Shown here piece after piece: positions 18,733-27,205 of a DNA stretch of 64,000 nt. Below the pieces are notes generated by a model. That model saw nothing but the letters and a program-made list of their open reading frames with translations. It ran no database searches and was not told where the DNA came from. Where the stretch lies: assembly GCA_018335855.1 (NCBI GenBank), contig JAGXRM010000060.1, positions 79,418 to 143,417 on the forward strand. The letters are read 5' to 3'. Every line of letters begins with the position of its first letter. Position 1 is the first letter of the stretch. This DNA comes from Clostridiales bacterium. GTDB taxonomy: Bacteria > Bacillota > Dethiobacteria > Dethiobacterales > Dethiobacteraceae. A program made the position numbers and the translations under genes.

Positions 18733-19374
18733 TTGGCCGATGCTCCAAAAGAAATAAAATTAAGTGAATGTGAAAACCTGATTAAACAAATCCGAGACGT
18801 CATTTCCGTGAACATTGTCCTTGGTGAAAAACAGGAAATTGAAGAGATTCATGTCCTTGCTGAAGACACCAGGAACGCGAAACAGCTTGTCAGAGACATT
18901 GAAACGCTGTTCCGTGTAGAGTACGGAATAGACTTGGATCATAAGAAAGTTTCTATTGTGCAGCTCAATAAAGGTCAAAAACTCGCACAGGGCAAACGGT
19001 TAAAATTTACTGCTATCCAGTTCTCCCTTTCAGGGACTCAAATGGAAGCAACAGTGGAGCTCACGTCTGCCAAAAAAAGCTGTCAGGGAAAAAGCTGCGG
19101 TCTGAATTCCCGGTCGAACCGGTTGCGGCTTTTCGCCCAAGCCACGCTGGACGCACTCAGCGACTTTCTGGAATCCGGCAGCTGCGTCATCCTGGAAGAG
19201 GTGGGCCAATTCCCTATGAACGGCCGCAGTATGGTCTCCGCCGCCGTTACCTATATCCAGGGCTCGGTGGAAGAATGTTTAATCGGTACGGCCTTTGTAA
19301 AACAGGATGAAAAAGAAGCGATTGTCAGGGCAACATTATCTGCGTTAAACCGACGCATTCCAGTAGATATTTGA
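18733..19374 (+). CDS. Hypothetical protein, 213 aa, family not recognised
   Basis: ORF with a TTG start after AAAGGCGGG. No motif recognised. Confidence 0.5.
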   Translation: MADAPKEIKLSECENLIKQIRDVISVNIVLGEKQEIEEIHVLAEDTRNAKQLVRDIETLFRVEYGIDLDHKKVSIVQLNKGQKLAQGKRLKFTAIQFSLSGTQMEATVELTSAKKSCQGKSCGLNSRSNRLRLFAQATLDALSDFLESGSCVILEEVGQFPMNGRSMVSAAVTYIQGSVEECLIGTAFVKQDEKEAIVRATLSALNRRIPVDI

Positions 19375-19487
19375 CATCTTACATAGGCAAAAAAAGGGCC
19401 GACACCTTCTTTATCCCCGAGCGAAGCGGTTTACCTGTCATCAGTAGCGGAGCATGACAGAGAAAACCGTAAAGGGGGATTTTTCAA

Positions 19488-19565
19488 ATGGCAAAGGTTA
19501 TTCGCATTTTTATTGCGCTTGGCGCATTGGTTCTTGCTGGTGGTGCTAGCTATACCTGGAGGTAA
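19488..19565 (+). CDS. Candidate 25-aa hydrophobic peptide (MAKVIRIFIALGALVLAGGASYTWR)
   Basis: AAAGGGGGA RBS lies 8 nt upstream of the ATG. The peptide has a single TM-like helix. It is below the ORF-track size cutoff. Confidence 0.3.
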   Translation: MAKVIRIFIALGALVLAGGASYTWR

Positions 19566-19608
19566 TTATAATTGTCGGTCCTTTTTTTATACATTGGGAG
19601 GTATAAAA

Positions 19609-20862
19609 GTGTCTTTTAAGCAGGAACCTCTGATTATTAAGATATATGTACTCGCAGTAATCGGCACCGGATTATTGTTCCTGTTATTCAATATTCCGGT
19701 CTGGAGCCATCTGGGGATATCCTTCCTGTATTTTGTTTTTCTGCATATTTGTATGGAGAATCTGAGTGTTCCCCTTCCCGGGGGACAGGGCTTTGTTTCC
19801 GTGAGCTTTGTAACCAGCCTTGCAATGATCATTTTGTTTGGCCCTGTAGCAGCAGCCTGGGGCAGTTTTGCTATCTTTCTTGATATCAGAGCTCTGAAGC
19901 AGTTCAAAGAAAAGTATCACCGCATCTTTTTTAATGCTGCACAGGTGGCGTTGTCGACAGGAATTGCGGGATATATATACCAATACGCAGGTGGAATACC
20001 GGGGCAGTTTTCCATGCCTTCTGACATAGGACCTGTCTTGGCCAGTGTGGTAACATACCTCATTTTAAATTCAGTGTTTGTTATCACAGTTATTTCACTA
20101 TCGCAGAAAATGTCATTTTTCGGAGTCTGGCTCACAAATTTCCGCTGGTCTGTGCCAAATTATATAGCCATTTCACCGCTTGGGATATTAATCGCTGCGG
20201 TTTACGTAAATATCGGAATTTCCGGCGTGTTGTTGCTGATTATTCCACTGATGCTGGCGCGGCATACGTTTATTCTTTATATGGATATGCGCAATCAGTA
20301 TCTCAGTACCATAAAAGCGCTGACCAAGGCCATTGACGCCAAGGATCATTATACCCACGGCCATTCGGAACGGGTGGCAGAGTATGCGGTGCTAATCGGG
20401 AAAGAATTGAAACTGCAGGAAGACTTTCTTGAGAAATTGGAATACATCGCACTTATGCATGATATTGGTAAAATTGGCATCCCTGAATCCATCCTTAATA
20501 AACCGAGCCGACTGTCTGATGATGAGTTTAGTGTTGTCCGGGAGCACTCGGCTGTGGGTGCGGAAATTATCAGTAATATAAAATTTATCGGCGACCATGC
20601 CGATATTGTGCGCCATCACCATGAACGGGTGGATGGGCGCGGTTATCCCGACGGATTGTCAGGGGAAAAGGTTTCCATGGGAGCCAAGATTGTGGGTGTG
20701 GCCGATGCTTTTGACGCCATGACGACGGAGCGGGTCTACCGCTCACCCATGACAAAGCAGCAAGCCATGGTCGAGCTGCAATCTTGCTGTAACTCGCAGT
20801 TCTGCGGCGAAGTGGTCAGTGCTTTTGAAAAGGTGCTGAGGCGCAGGGGGGAAATTGAGTGA
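19609..20862 (+). CDS. Polytopic membrane HD-GYP domain protein (putative c-di-GMP phosphodiesterase)
   Basis: HGHSERV...HDIGKIG...HHERVDGRGYPDGL. The N-terminal region has about 7 hydrophobic helices. The GTG at 19609 follows GGGAGG. Confidence 0.85.
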   Translation: MSFKQEPLIIKIYVLAVIGTGLLFLLFNIPVWSHLGISFLYFVFLHICMENLSVPLPGGQGFVSVSFVTSLAMIILFGPVAAAWGSFAIFLDIRALKQFKEKYHRIFFNAAQVALSTGIAGYIYQYAGGIPGQFSMPSDIGPVLASVVTYLILNSVFVITVISLSQKMSFFGVWLTNFRWSVPNYIAISPLGILIAAVYVNIGISGVLLLIIPLMLARHTFILYMDMRNQYLSTIKALTKAIDAKDHYTHGHSERVAEYAVLIGKELKLQEDFLEKLEYIALMHDIGKIGIPESILNKPSRLSDDEFSVVREHSAVGAEIISNIKFIGDHADIVRHHHERVDGRGYPDGLSGEKVSMGAKIVGVADAFDAMTTERVYRSPMTKQQAMVELQSCCNSQFCGEVVSAFEKVLRRRGEIE

Positions 20863-21395
20863 TTTTAGTCGGGGTTGTGCTGGCTGTCATCGTCGGACTG
20901 TTGCGGGGCGGCAGACTGGACCGGTTAGAACATCTTGGCATTAAGGGGCTTGCTTTCGTCTGGCTGGCCCTGGGAATGAGAGTGGCGGCGGGTATGCTGG
21001 CTGTTCGGGGCTTTTTGTTCGGGCCCTGGTTCCAAGTCGGTGCATACGTAATATTCCTTTATATTATGGGGCGTAATCTTTCCCTGCCGGGGTTGAAAGT
21101 ATTTGGTCTGGGCAGTTTGCTCAATTTTATAGTGATTGTGTTCAACGGCGGGACAATGCCTGTTTCGGTCGAAGCTATTGCGGCAGCCGGGATAGTCAGG
21201 GAGCCGGTCGGGACCCATTCTTTGCTTGGCGCGGAAACGAGATTATGGTTTTTGGCCGATGTGATTCCGGTCAGGTGGCCGCCTCAGGTTCTGAGTGTGG
21301 GGGACTTGCTGATTGTGGTTGGAATTTTTATGTTTATTCAGCACCGCATGCTGACGGAGGCAGAAACGGGCAGACTTGTGTTGGGTGGAGAATAA
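20859..21395 (+). CDS. DUF5317-like small membrane protein
   Basis: 4-5 TM helices. GTGA overlap with the HD-GYP stop suggests translational coupling. Confidence 0.7.
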   Translation: MILVGVVLAVIVGLLRGGRLDRLEHLGIKGLAFVWLALGMRVAAGMLAVRGFLFGPWFQVGAYVIFLYIMGRNLSLPGLKVFGLGSLLNFIVIVFNGGTMPVSVEAIAAAGIVREPVGTHSLLGAETRLWFLADVIPVRWPPQVLSVGDLLIVVGIFMFIQHRMLTEAETGRLVLGGE

Positions 21396-21422
21396 TGATA
21401 AAATAAATTTGGCTTCTGACAA

Positions 21423-21445
21423 AGGGACCGAGAGGTTCCTTTTTA
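21423..21445 (+). terminator. Probable intrinsic terminator
   Basis: AGGGACC-gaga-GGTTCCT (one G:U pair) followed by TTTT. Confidence 0.55.
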
Positions 21446-21464
21446 TACTCTAGGAAAGTAGATC

Positions 21465-21484
21465 ACTTTACATTTGTAAAGTGT
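21465..21484. promoter_or_regulatory. Perfect 9+2+9 palindrome CACTTTACA-tt-TGTAAAGTG in the secA leader
   Basis: Read directly. A 20/22-nt match recurs upstream of gap (55143-55164). Confidence 0.4.
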
Positions 21485-21512
21485 GTGCATTATTCGTACT
21501 GGAGGGTTTAAG

Positions 21513-24197
21513 ATGCGTGGCTTAATCGCGAAGATACTCGGCGATGTAAACAAAAAAGAAATTAAAAAGATTAGCGGCAGGCTGCCGGAAATTAACGACC
21601 TGGAAGAGGAAATGAAGGCGCTGTCTGATGCCGATTTACAGGCAAAGACCGGCGTATTTCGTTCCAGGTTGGACGAAACGCTTGCTCCTTACAGGGAAAA
21701 CGTGCAAAGCTTGTTGGAGCAACACCTGGCAACACCGGGTAATAAAGATATTGAGCGGGATTATGAGGATGCTAAAAAAGCACTGCAAAATGCCAGGCAG
21801 GATGCTCTAAACAGCATTCTTCCCGAAGCGTTTGCTGTGGTCCGTGAAGCTTCCTGGCGCGTATTAAAAATGCGGCACTTTGATGTACAGCTGTTAGGGG
21901 GCATCGTCCTGCATCAGGGACGGATTGCTGAGATGAAAACCGGTGAAGGGAAGACGTTGGTTGCTACGCTGCCGGCGTATTTAAACGCGCTTTCCGGAGA
22001 CGGCGTCCATATTGTCACTGTTAACGATTATCTGGCTACCCGGGACAGTGAGTGGATGGGTGAAGTTTATAAATTTCTCGGACTTACCGTAGGGTTGATT
22101 GTCCACGGAAAAGATCCTGCACAACGGCGGGAAGCATATCACTCGGATATTACTTACGGAACGAACAATGAATTCGGATTTGACTATCTGCGGGATAACA
22201 TGGTTGTATATAAAGAAAACCTGGTGCAGCGCCCGCTGAATTATGCCATTATCGATGAAGTGGACAGCATCCTGGTTGATGAAGCCAGAACACCGTTAAT
22301 TATCTCGGGACAAATGACAGACGATAAACAGCAGGAAGATTATCTGCGGTATGACATGGTTGTCCGGGGGCTTCAAAAAGAAAAACACTATGCTGTCGAT
22401 GAAAAAACCCATACTGTGGAGCTTACGGAAGACGGAGAAAAGAGTGTGGAAAGCCGTCTTGGCATACATGATTTATATGGTGAAGAAGATGTCATTTATG
22501 AAGATAAGGAATCGGAAACAGCAGATAAGAAAGCAGAAGAAAATTACAGGATTATCCGCAAAAAAATAGATAACGCATTAAAAGCCTATGGCTTAATGCA
22601 AAGGGATAAAGACTACGTTGTTAAAGACGGTGAAGTTGTGATTGTCGATGAATTCACCGGACGTTTGATGTTTGGCCGTCGCTATAGTGACGGGTTGCAC
22701 CAGGCCATTGAAGCAAAGGAAAAGGTGAAAGTAGCGAAAGAGAGTATGACACTGGCCTCTATCACCTTCCAAAACTATTTCCGTATGTATGAAAAATTGG
22801 CTGGTATGACCGGTACAGCAGTCACGGAAGAAGAAGAATTCCAGAGCATTTACGGTTTGGATGTCGTGGTGATTCCGACGAATAAGCCGATGGTTCGTAA
22901 TGATTTGCCGGATGTGGTTTATAAGTCGGAGCGGGGTAAGTTTCGTGCCGTAGTGGAAGAAATTGCTCAAAGGCATGCAACAGGCCAGCCGCTTTTGGTC
23001 GGTACTATTTCCATTGAGAAGTCTGAGGAGCTTAGCAGGATGCTCCAGAAAAAAGGCATTCGTCATGAGGTGCTCAATGCCAAGCAGCATGAGCGGGAGG
23101 CGGAAATCGTCACCATGGCTGGCCAGTGTAATTCCGTGACCATTGCCACCAACATGGCTGGTCGGGGGACGGATATTGTCCTCGGTGAAGGTGTACCCGA
23201 TTTAGGCGGGCTGCACATTATCGGTACGGAGCGGCATGAAGCACGGCGGATTGATAATCAGTTGCGCGGACGTGCCGGCCGCCAGGGCGATCCTGGGTCC
23301 ACTCAGTTTTATATTTCACTGGACGATGACCTGATGCGACTCTTCGGCGGAGACAATATTACCGGGATTATGGAAAAGCTGGGGATGGAAGAGGATATGC
23401 CTATTGATCATCCCTTGATCAGCAGAGCGATTGAGACAGCGCAAAAACGGGTGGAAGGCCGTAACTTTGACATCCGTAAACATATTCTTGAGTATGATGA
23501 TGTTATCAACCAGCAGCGGAAGGTCATCTACAGTCAGCGGCGCCGTGTTCTGGAAGGTGAAAACTTGAATGACACCGTGCTGGAGTGGCTTCCGGAGATC
23601 GTGGAAGATGCGTTGAACCTTTATGTAAGTGATAAAGTCTATGATGATGAATGGGATATAAAGTCACTGCTGGACTATGCCGAGGGTATTTTCCTGAAAC
23701 CAAGGCATTTTTCTCCCAAGGAGCTGCAAGGCAAAAAAAGAGAAGATCTGTATGAAATGTTTTTTGAGGCAGCGATGCAGCACTATGCCGAACGGGAAGA
23801 AAAAATAGGGTCGGAGACGATGCGGGAGTTGGAGAGAGTGATTATCCTGCGCTCCGTTGACTCCAAATGGATGACCCATATCGATGCCATGGATGACTTG
23901 CGTCAGGGTGTAGGCTTGCGCGCCTATGGGCAGCGTGATCCCCTGGTGGAATATAAATCTGAAGCGTTTGAAATGTTTCAGGAAATGATTCACTCTCTTA
24001 AGGAAGAGTCGGTACGGCTTCTATACCGTGTGCAGGTTGCTGCCCCACCCCAGCGTAAAGCGGTGGCTGTGGCCAACGAAACGCCGCCCAGTGGTGGTAC
24101 TGCTGTTCACGGTGTGGCACGTTCTGAAAAAATCGGACGAAATGACCCCTGCCCCTGCGGCAGCGGGAAGAAACATAAAAAGTGTTGTGGGAAGTAG
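21513..24197 (+). CDS. secA: Preprotein translocase ATPase SecA
   Basis: [33 protein letters not shown] and the C-terminal zinc motif [14 protein letters not shown]. Confidence 0.98.
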   Translation: MRGLIAKILGDVNKKEIKKISGRLPEINDLEEEMKALSDADLQAKTGVFRSRLDETLAPYRENVQSLLEQHLATPGNKDIERDYEDAKKALQNARQDALNSILPEAFAVVREASWRVLKMRHFDVQLLGGIVLHQGRIAEMKTGEGKTLVATLPAYLNALSGDGVHIVTVNDYLATRDSEWMGEVYKFLGLTVGLIVHGKDPAQRREAYHSDITYGTNNEFGFDYLRDNMVVYKENLVQRPLNYAIIDEVDSILVDEARTPLIISGQMTDDKQQEDYLRYDMVVRGLQKEKHYAVDEKTHTVELTEDGEKSVESRLGIHDLYGEEDVIYEDKESETADKKAEENYRIIRKKIDNALKAYGLMQRDKDYVVKDGEVVIVDEFTGRLMFGRRYSDGLHQAIEAKEKVKVAKESMTLASITFQNYFRMYEKLAGMTGTAVTEEEEFQSIYGLDVVVIPTNKPMVRNDLPDVVYKSERGKFRAVVEEIAQRHATGQPLLVGTISIEKSEELSRMLQKKGIRHEVLNAKQHEREAEIVTMAGQCNSVTIATNMAGRGTDIVLGEGVPDLGGLHIIGTERHEARRIDNQLRGRAGRQGDPGSTQFYISLDDDLMRLFGGDNITGIMEKLGMEEDMPIDHPLISRAIETAQKRVEGRNFDIRKHILEYDDVINQQRKVIYSQRRRVLEGENLNDTVLEWLPEIVEDALNLYVSDKVYDDEWDIKSLLDYAEGIFLKPRHFSPKELQGKKREDLYEMFFEAAMQHYAEREEKIGSETMRELERVIILRSVDSKWMTHIDAMDDLRQGVGLRAYGQRDPLVEYKSEAFEMFQEMIHSLKEESVRLLYRVQVAAPPQRKAVAVANETPPSGGTAVHGVARSEKIGRNDPCPCGSGKKHKKCCGK

Positions 24198-24205
24198 GTG
24201 TTACG

Positions 24206-25313
24206 ATGTCCTCTGAAATTAAAGCAGCTTATCAGCAACTTCGGGAACGTCTAACCGAAATGAGTGTTTCACTTTGACGTTACGAATAAAGTAGAACTCA
24301 TCAAGAAACTGGAAGAGCTCGTGTCGCAGCCGGAATTCTGGTCGGACTCCGACGGTGCACAGAAAACGGTCCAGGAGTTAAAGTCTCTCCGGGATGAAGT
24401 GACTCCCTTCCTCGAGATGGAAGAACGGCTGGATGATCTGGATGTAACAATTACTCTGGCCGGTGACGAGGGCGACGCATCCTTCTGGAGCGAAGCTGAG
24501 AAATTGGCGGCAGAGCTGTCGGTTCAAATGGACCGGTTGGAACTGGCGCTACTTTTCCGTGGTCGTTACGATACAAATTCAGCCATCGTCTCCATCCACC
24601 CCGGTGCGGGCGGGACCGAATCCCAGGACTGGGCGTCCATGTTGCTTCGTATGTATACACGCTGGGCGGAACGGAGAAATTACCAGGTAGAAGTGATGGA
24701 CTTGCTCCCTGGAGACGAAGCGGGTATTAAGAGCGTGACCGTTCTTGTTAAAGGGAAAAATGCCTATGGCTATCTTAAGGCTGAAAAGGGAGTTCATCGT
24801 CTGGTAAGGATATCTCCTTTTGATACAGCAAAACGCCGTCACACCTCATTTGCCTCCCTTGATGTTCTGCCTGAAGTTGGAGATGAGGAGCAGGATTTTG
24901 AGATTCAACCGGATGATTTAAAAATTGATACATATCGTGCCAGCGGCGCCGGCGGCCAGCATATCAACACCACCGATTCCGCCGTGCGCATAACCCATCT
25001 GCCCACAGGTATCGTGGTACAATGTCAAAATGAACGGTCTCAACATTCTAACCGGGACCGTGCTATGAAAATGCTGCGCGGCCGCCTCGCCGACTTGTAT
25101 CAGCGCCAGCAGGCGGAAGAACTGGTCAACCTGCGTGGGGAACAGAAGGAAATCGCCTGGGGCAGCCAAATACGTTCATATGTCTTTCAACCGTACACCC
25201 TTGTTAAAGATCACAGGACAGGGGTGGATGTAGGGAACATTCATGCCGTGATGGACGGGGACTTAGACACATTAATCGAGTCTTACCTGAGGCAGACGTT
25301 CGGAAAACAATAA
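24206..25313 (+). CDS. prfB: Peptide chain release factor 2, with programmed +1 frameshift at 24275
   Basis: ATG at 24206 opens 23 codons ([23 protein letters not shown]) that end at CTT TGA C. Shifting +1 joins the 24264 ORF frame at GAC (24276). SPF and GGQ motifs are present downstream ([15 protein letters not shown]). Confidence 0.93.
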
Positions 25314-25332
25314 TAAATTGGAGGTGGCCCAG

Positions 25333-26175
25333 TTGACCAGGCTGCAGATCCTGAGAGAGTATATCGGTGTCCTGCTGGGAACTGCAGTTGTCGCCGCCTC
25401 TTTTAATATGTTTCTAATTCCAAACCGAATTGCTGCAGGCGGCATTAGCGGTTTAGGAATCATTTTATTTTTTTTACTGCAAATCCCCGTCGGCCTGACG
25501 ATACTGTTTTTGAATCTGCCGCTTTTTTTTGTGGCGGCACGGTTATTTGGATTTCGCTTTATTGTTCGCGGCCTTTTCGGTGCCGTGGCCCTTTCTTTGA
25601 TGGTAGAGCTTTTTGCGCCGCTACCCACCGTTACCAATGATCTGCTTTTGGCTTCCATTTACGGCGGAATCACGATGGGCATCGGTATTGCTTTGGTTTT
25701 CCGGGCCCGGGGCTCCACCGGCGGTACAGTACTGGCCGCCCAGGTGCTCAATAAACTGTTTGGGTTCACCATGGGGCAAAGTCTGCTTGGAGTGGATTTC
25801 CTGGTCGTAGCATTTGCCGGCATTGTTTTTAACCTGGAGCTGGCTATGTATGCTTTAATTTCCCTGTTTGTCACCAGTCGCGTCATTGACCTGGTACAGG
25901 AGGGAATCAGCAACAGTAAAGCAGCCCTGGTTATCTCTGATAAATCCGAACTGATTGTAGAGAAGGTTTTACGGGACTTGGATCGCGGCGCCACCATTTT
26001 TACAGGCAAAGGTGCTTTCACAGGGATGCCCAAAGAAATGGTGCTTACCGTGGTAACCCAGTCAGAAGTCCCCAGACTTAAAGCCATCGTCCACGAAACC
26101 GACGACAAAGCATTCGTCATTGTGGGAACTGCCCACGAAGTCCTCGGCGAAGGCTTCAAACGGGGTCAGGTTTAA
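25333..26175 (+). CDS. YitT-family membrane protein (with C-terminal DUF2179-type domain)
   Basis: FLIPNRIAAGGISGLGII motif, 5-6 TM helices and a soluble C-terminal domain. The TTG at 25333 follows GGAGGTG. Confidence 0.8.
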   Translation: MTRLQILREYIGVLLGTAVVAASFNMFLIPNRIAAGGISGLGIILFFLLQIPVGLTILFLNLPLFFVAARLFGFRFIVRGLFGAVALSLMVELFAPLPTVTNDLLLASIYGGITMGIGIALVFRARGSTGGTVLAAQVLNKLFGFTMGQSLLGVDFLVVAFAGIVFNLELAMYALISLFVTSRVIDLVQEGISNSKAALVISDKSELIVEKVLRDLDRGATIFTGKGAFTGMPKEMVLTVVTQSEVPRLKAIVHETDDKAFVIVGTAHEVLGEGFKRGQV

Positions 26176-26356
26176 CAATTGACGTAATCCTTCCGCATCG
26201 TGAAACCAAAGTGCAATAGTCAACGATTTATCCAAATAAAAAGAGAAGTGATTGCGCTGTGAACCTGCAGCCTATCACTTCTCTTTTTTAATCCAGAAAA
26301 ACCACTCTTGCTTTTCATCATGTGAAAGGATTACGTCAATTGTTAAACCTGACCCC
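26162..26356. mobile_element. MITE-like element: 195 bp bounded by perfect 31-bp inverted repeats
   Basis: GGGGTCAGGTTTAACAATTGACGTAATCCTT (26162-26192) is the exact reverse complement of 26326-26356. There is no coding capacity. Related termini occur at 63823-63930. Confidence 0.6.
26238..26288. terminator. Bidirectional terminator hairpin inside the element
   Basis: AAAAAGAGAAGTGAT-(21 nt)-ATCACTTCTCTTTTT, a 15-bp stem with A/T runs on both sides, located between convergent genes. Confidence 0.7.
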
Positions 26357-27205
26357 TTAGAGGAATTCGTTTTGGAGGTGGGAGGTGTTTGCGGGGTTGA
26401 AGGGGCGGGTGGCCAGGGGAGGGCCTTGGAGGACTGGGAAGTGGGATTCGAAGGTGGGGTGGGGGACATTGTAGATAATCCCGAGGGGAATCTTGTCTCC
26501 CCATTGGCGGGAGAGGGTTAGGGCTGCCTGCCAGTCAGACGGGTTATGGTCTTCCGGCTTATAGACACGTTGCTTATACCAGGCGTAGGTGTTTAATTTA
26601 TTGAATGTCACGCAGGGTTGCAGAATATCAATGAGTGCGTAGCCGGGGAAGGTTATGGCGGCTATCATCGTCTCTTTTAAGTGGTCTTTATCACCGCTGA
26701 AACAGCGGGCGACAAAGCCTGCTCCCATCGTTAACGCTACTGTTAAGGGATTAAACGGCGGCAGAATGACTCCGGCAGTCTGAACGCCGGTTTTCATTCC
26801 TTCTTCGCTGGTTGGGCTGGCCTGGCCTTTAGTCAGGCCGTAGACCTGATTATTATGGACAAAATGAGCAATGTCGGGATTGCGGCGAATATTGTGGATG
26901 AAATGGTTACCGCCTTCGCCATACGTATCTCCGTCTCCTGATTCCACGATTACTTTCAGAGAGGTATTGGCGACCCGGGCTCCTACGGCGGGCGGCAGAG
27001 CACGGCCGTGGAGGCCGTTAAAACCATTAAGTCTGACATAATGGGGCATTTTTGCTGCCTGACCGATTCCGGAGCACATGATTACCTCATGGTAGGAAAG
27101 TTTTAATTCAGCCAGTGCTTCCGTCAGCGCTTCCAGGATAGAGAAGTTGCCGCATCCCGGACACCAGGCGGTTCCCTGGGCTAAATAATCACCAGCTTTA
27201 CACAT
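26357..27205 (-). CDS. 2-oxoacid:ferredoxin oxidoreductase, beta (TPP-binding) subunit
   Basis: WCPGCG N-terminus and TPP motif ESGDGDTYGEGGNHFIHNIRRN. Confidence 0.9.
   Translation of the reverse strand: MCKAGDYLAQGTAWCPGCGNFSILEALTEALAELKLSYHEVIMCSGIGQAAKMPHYVRLNGFNGLHGRALPPAVGARVANTSLKVIVESGDGDTYGEGGNHFIHNIRRNPDIAHFVHNNQVYGLTKGQASPTSEEGMKTGVQTAGVILPPFNPLTVALTMGAGFVARCFSGDKDHLKETMIAAITFPGYALIDILQPCVTFNKLNTYAWYKQRVYKPEDHNPSDWQAALTLSRQWGDKIPLGIIYNVPHPTFESHFPVLQGPPLATRPFNPANTSHLQNEFL

Noticed and set aside
19375-19487. Possible c-di-GMP (GEMM) riboswitch ahead of the HD-GYP gene
   Set aside because: I looked for the conserved GEMM-I features (GGCAAA...GACGCAAAGCC type). Only a 7-bp hairpin (CTGTCAT...ATGACAG) is present, with no convincing aptamer.
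22593-23090. 165-aa ORF antisense to secA
   Set aside because: Shadow ORF inside secA.
24264-24275. Track start codon for the prfB ORF at 24264
   Set aside because: The real N-terminus is supplied by the 24206 frame through the CTT TGA C +1 frameshift. 24264 is only the first start-like (GTG) codon in the downstream frame.
25659-26159. 166-aa ORF antisense to the YitT-like gene
   Set aside because: Fully nested antisense. No RBS. The sense-strand product has clear family motifs.
26252-26521. 89-aa Gly-rich plus-strand ORF
   Set aside because: It starts inside the MITE-like element and runs antisense through the 3' end of the oxidoreductase beta gene. The translation is low-complexity (GGVGGV...) and there is no RBS.
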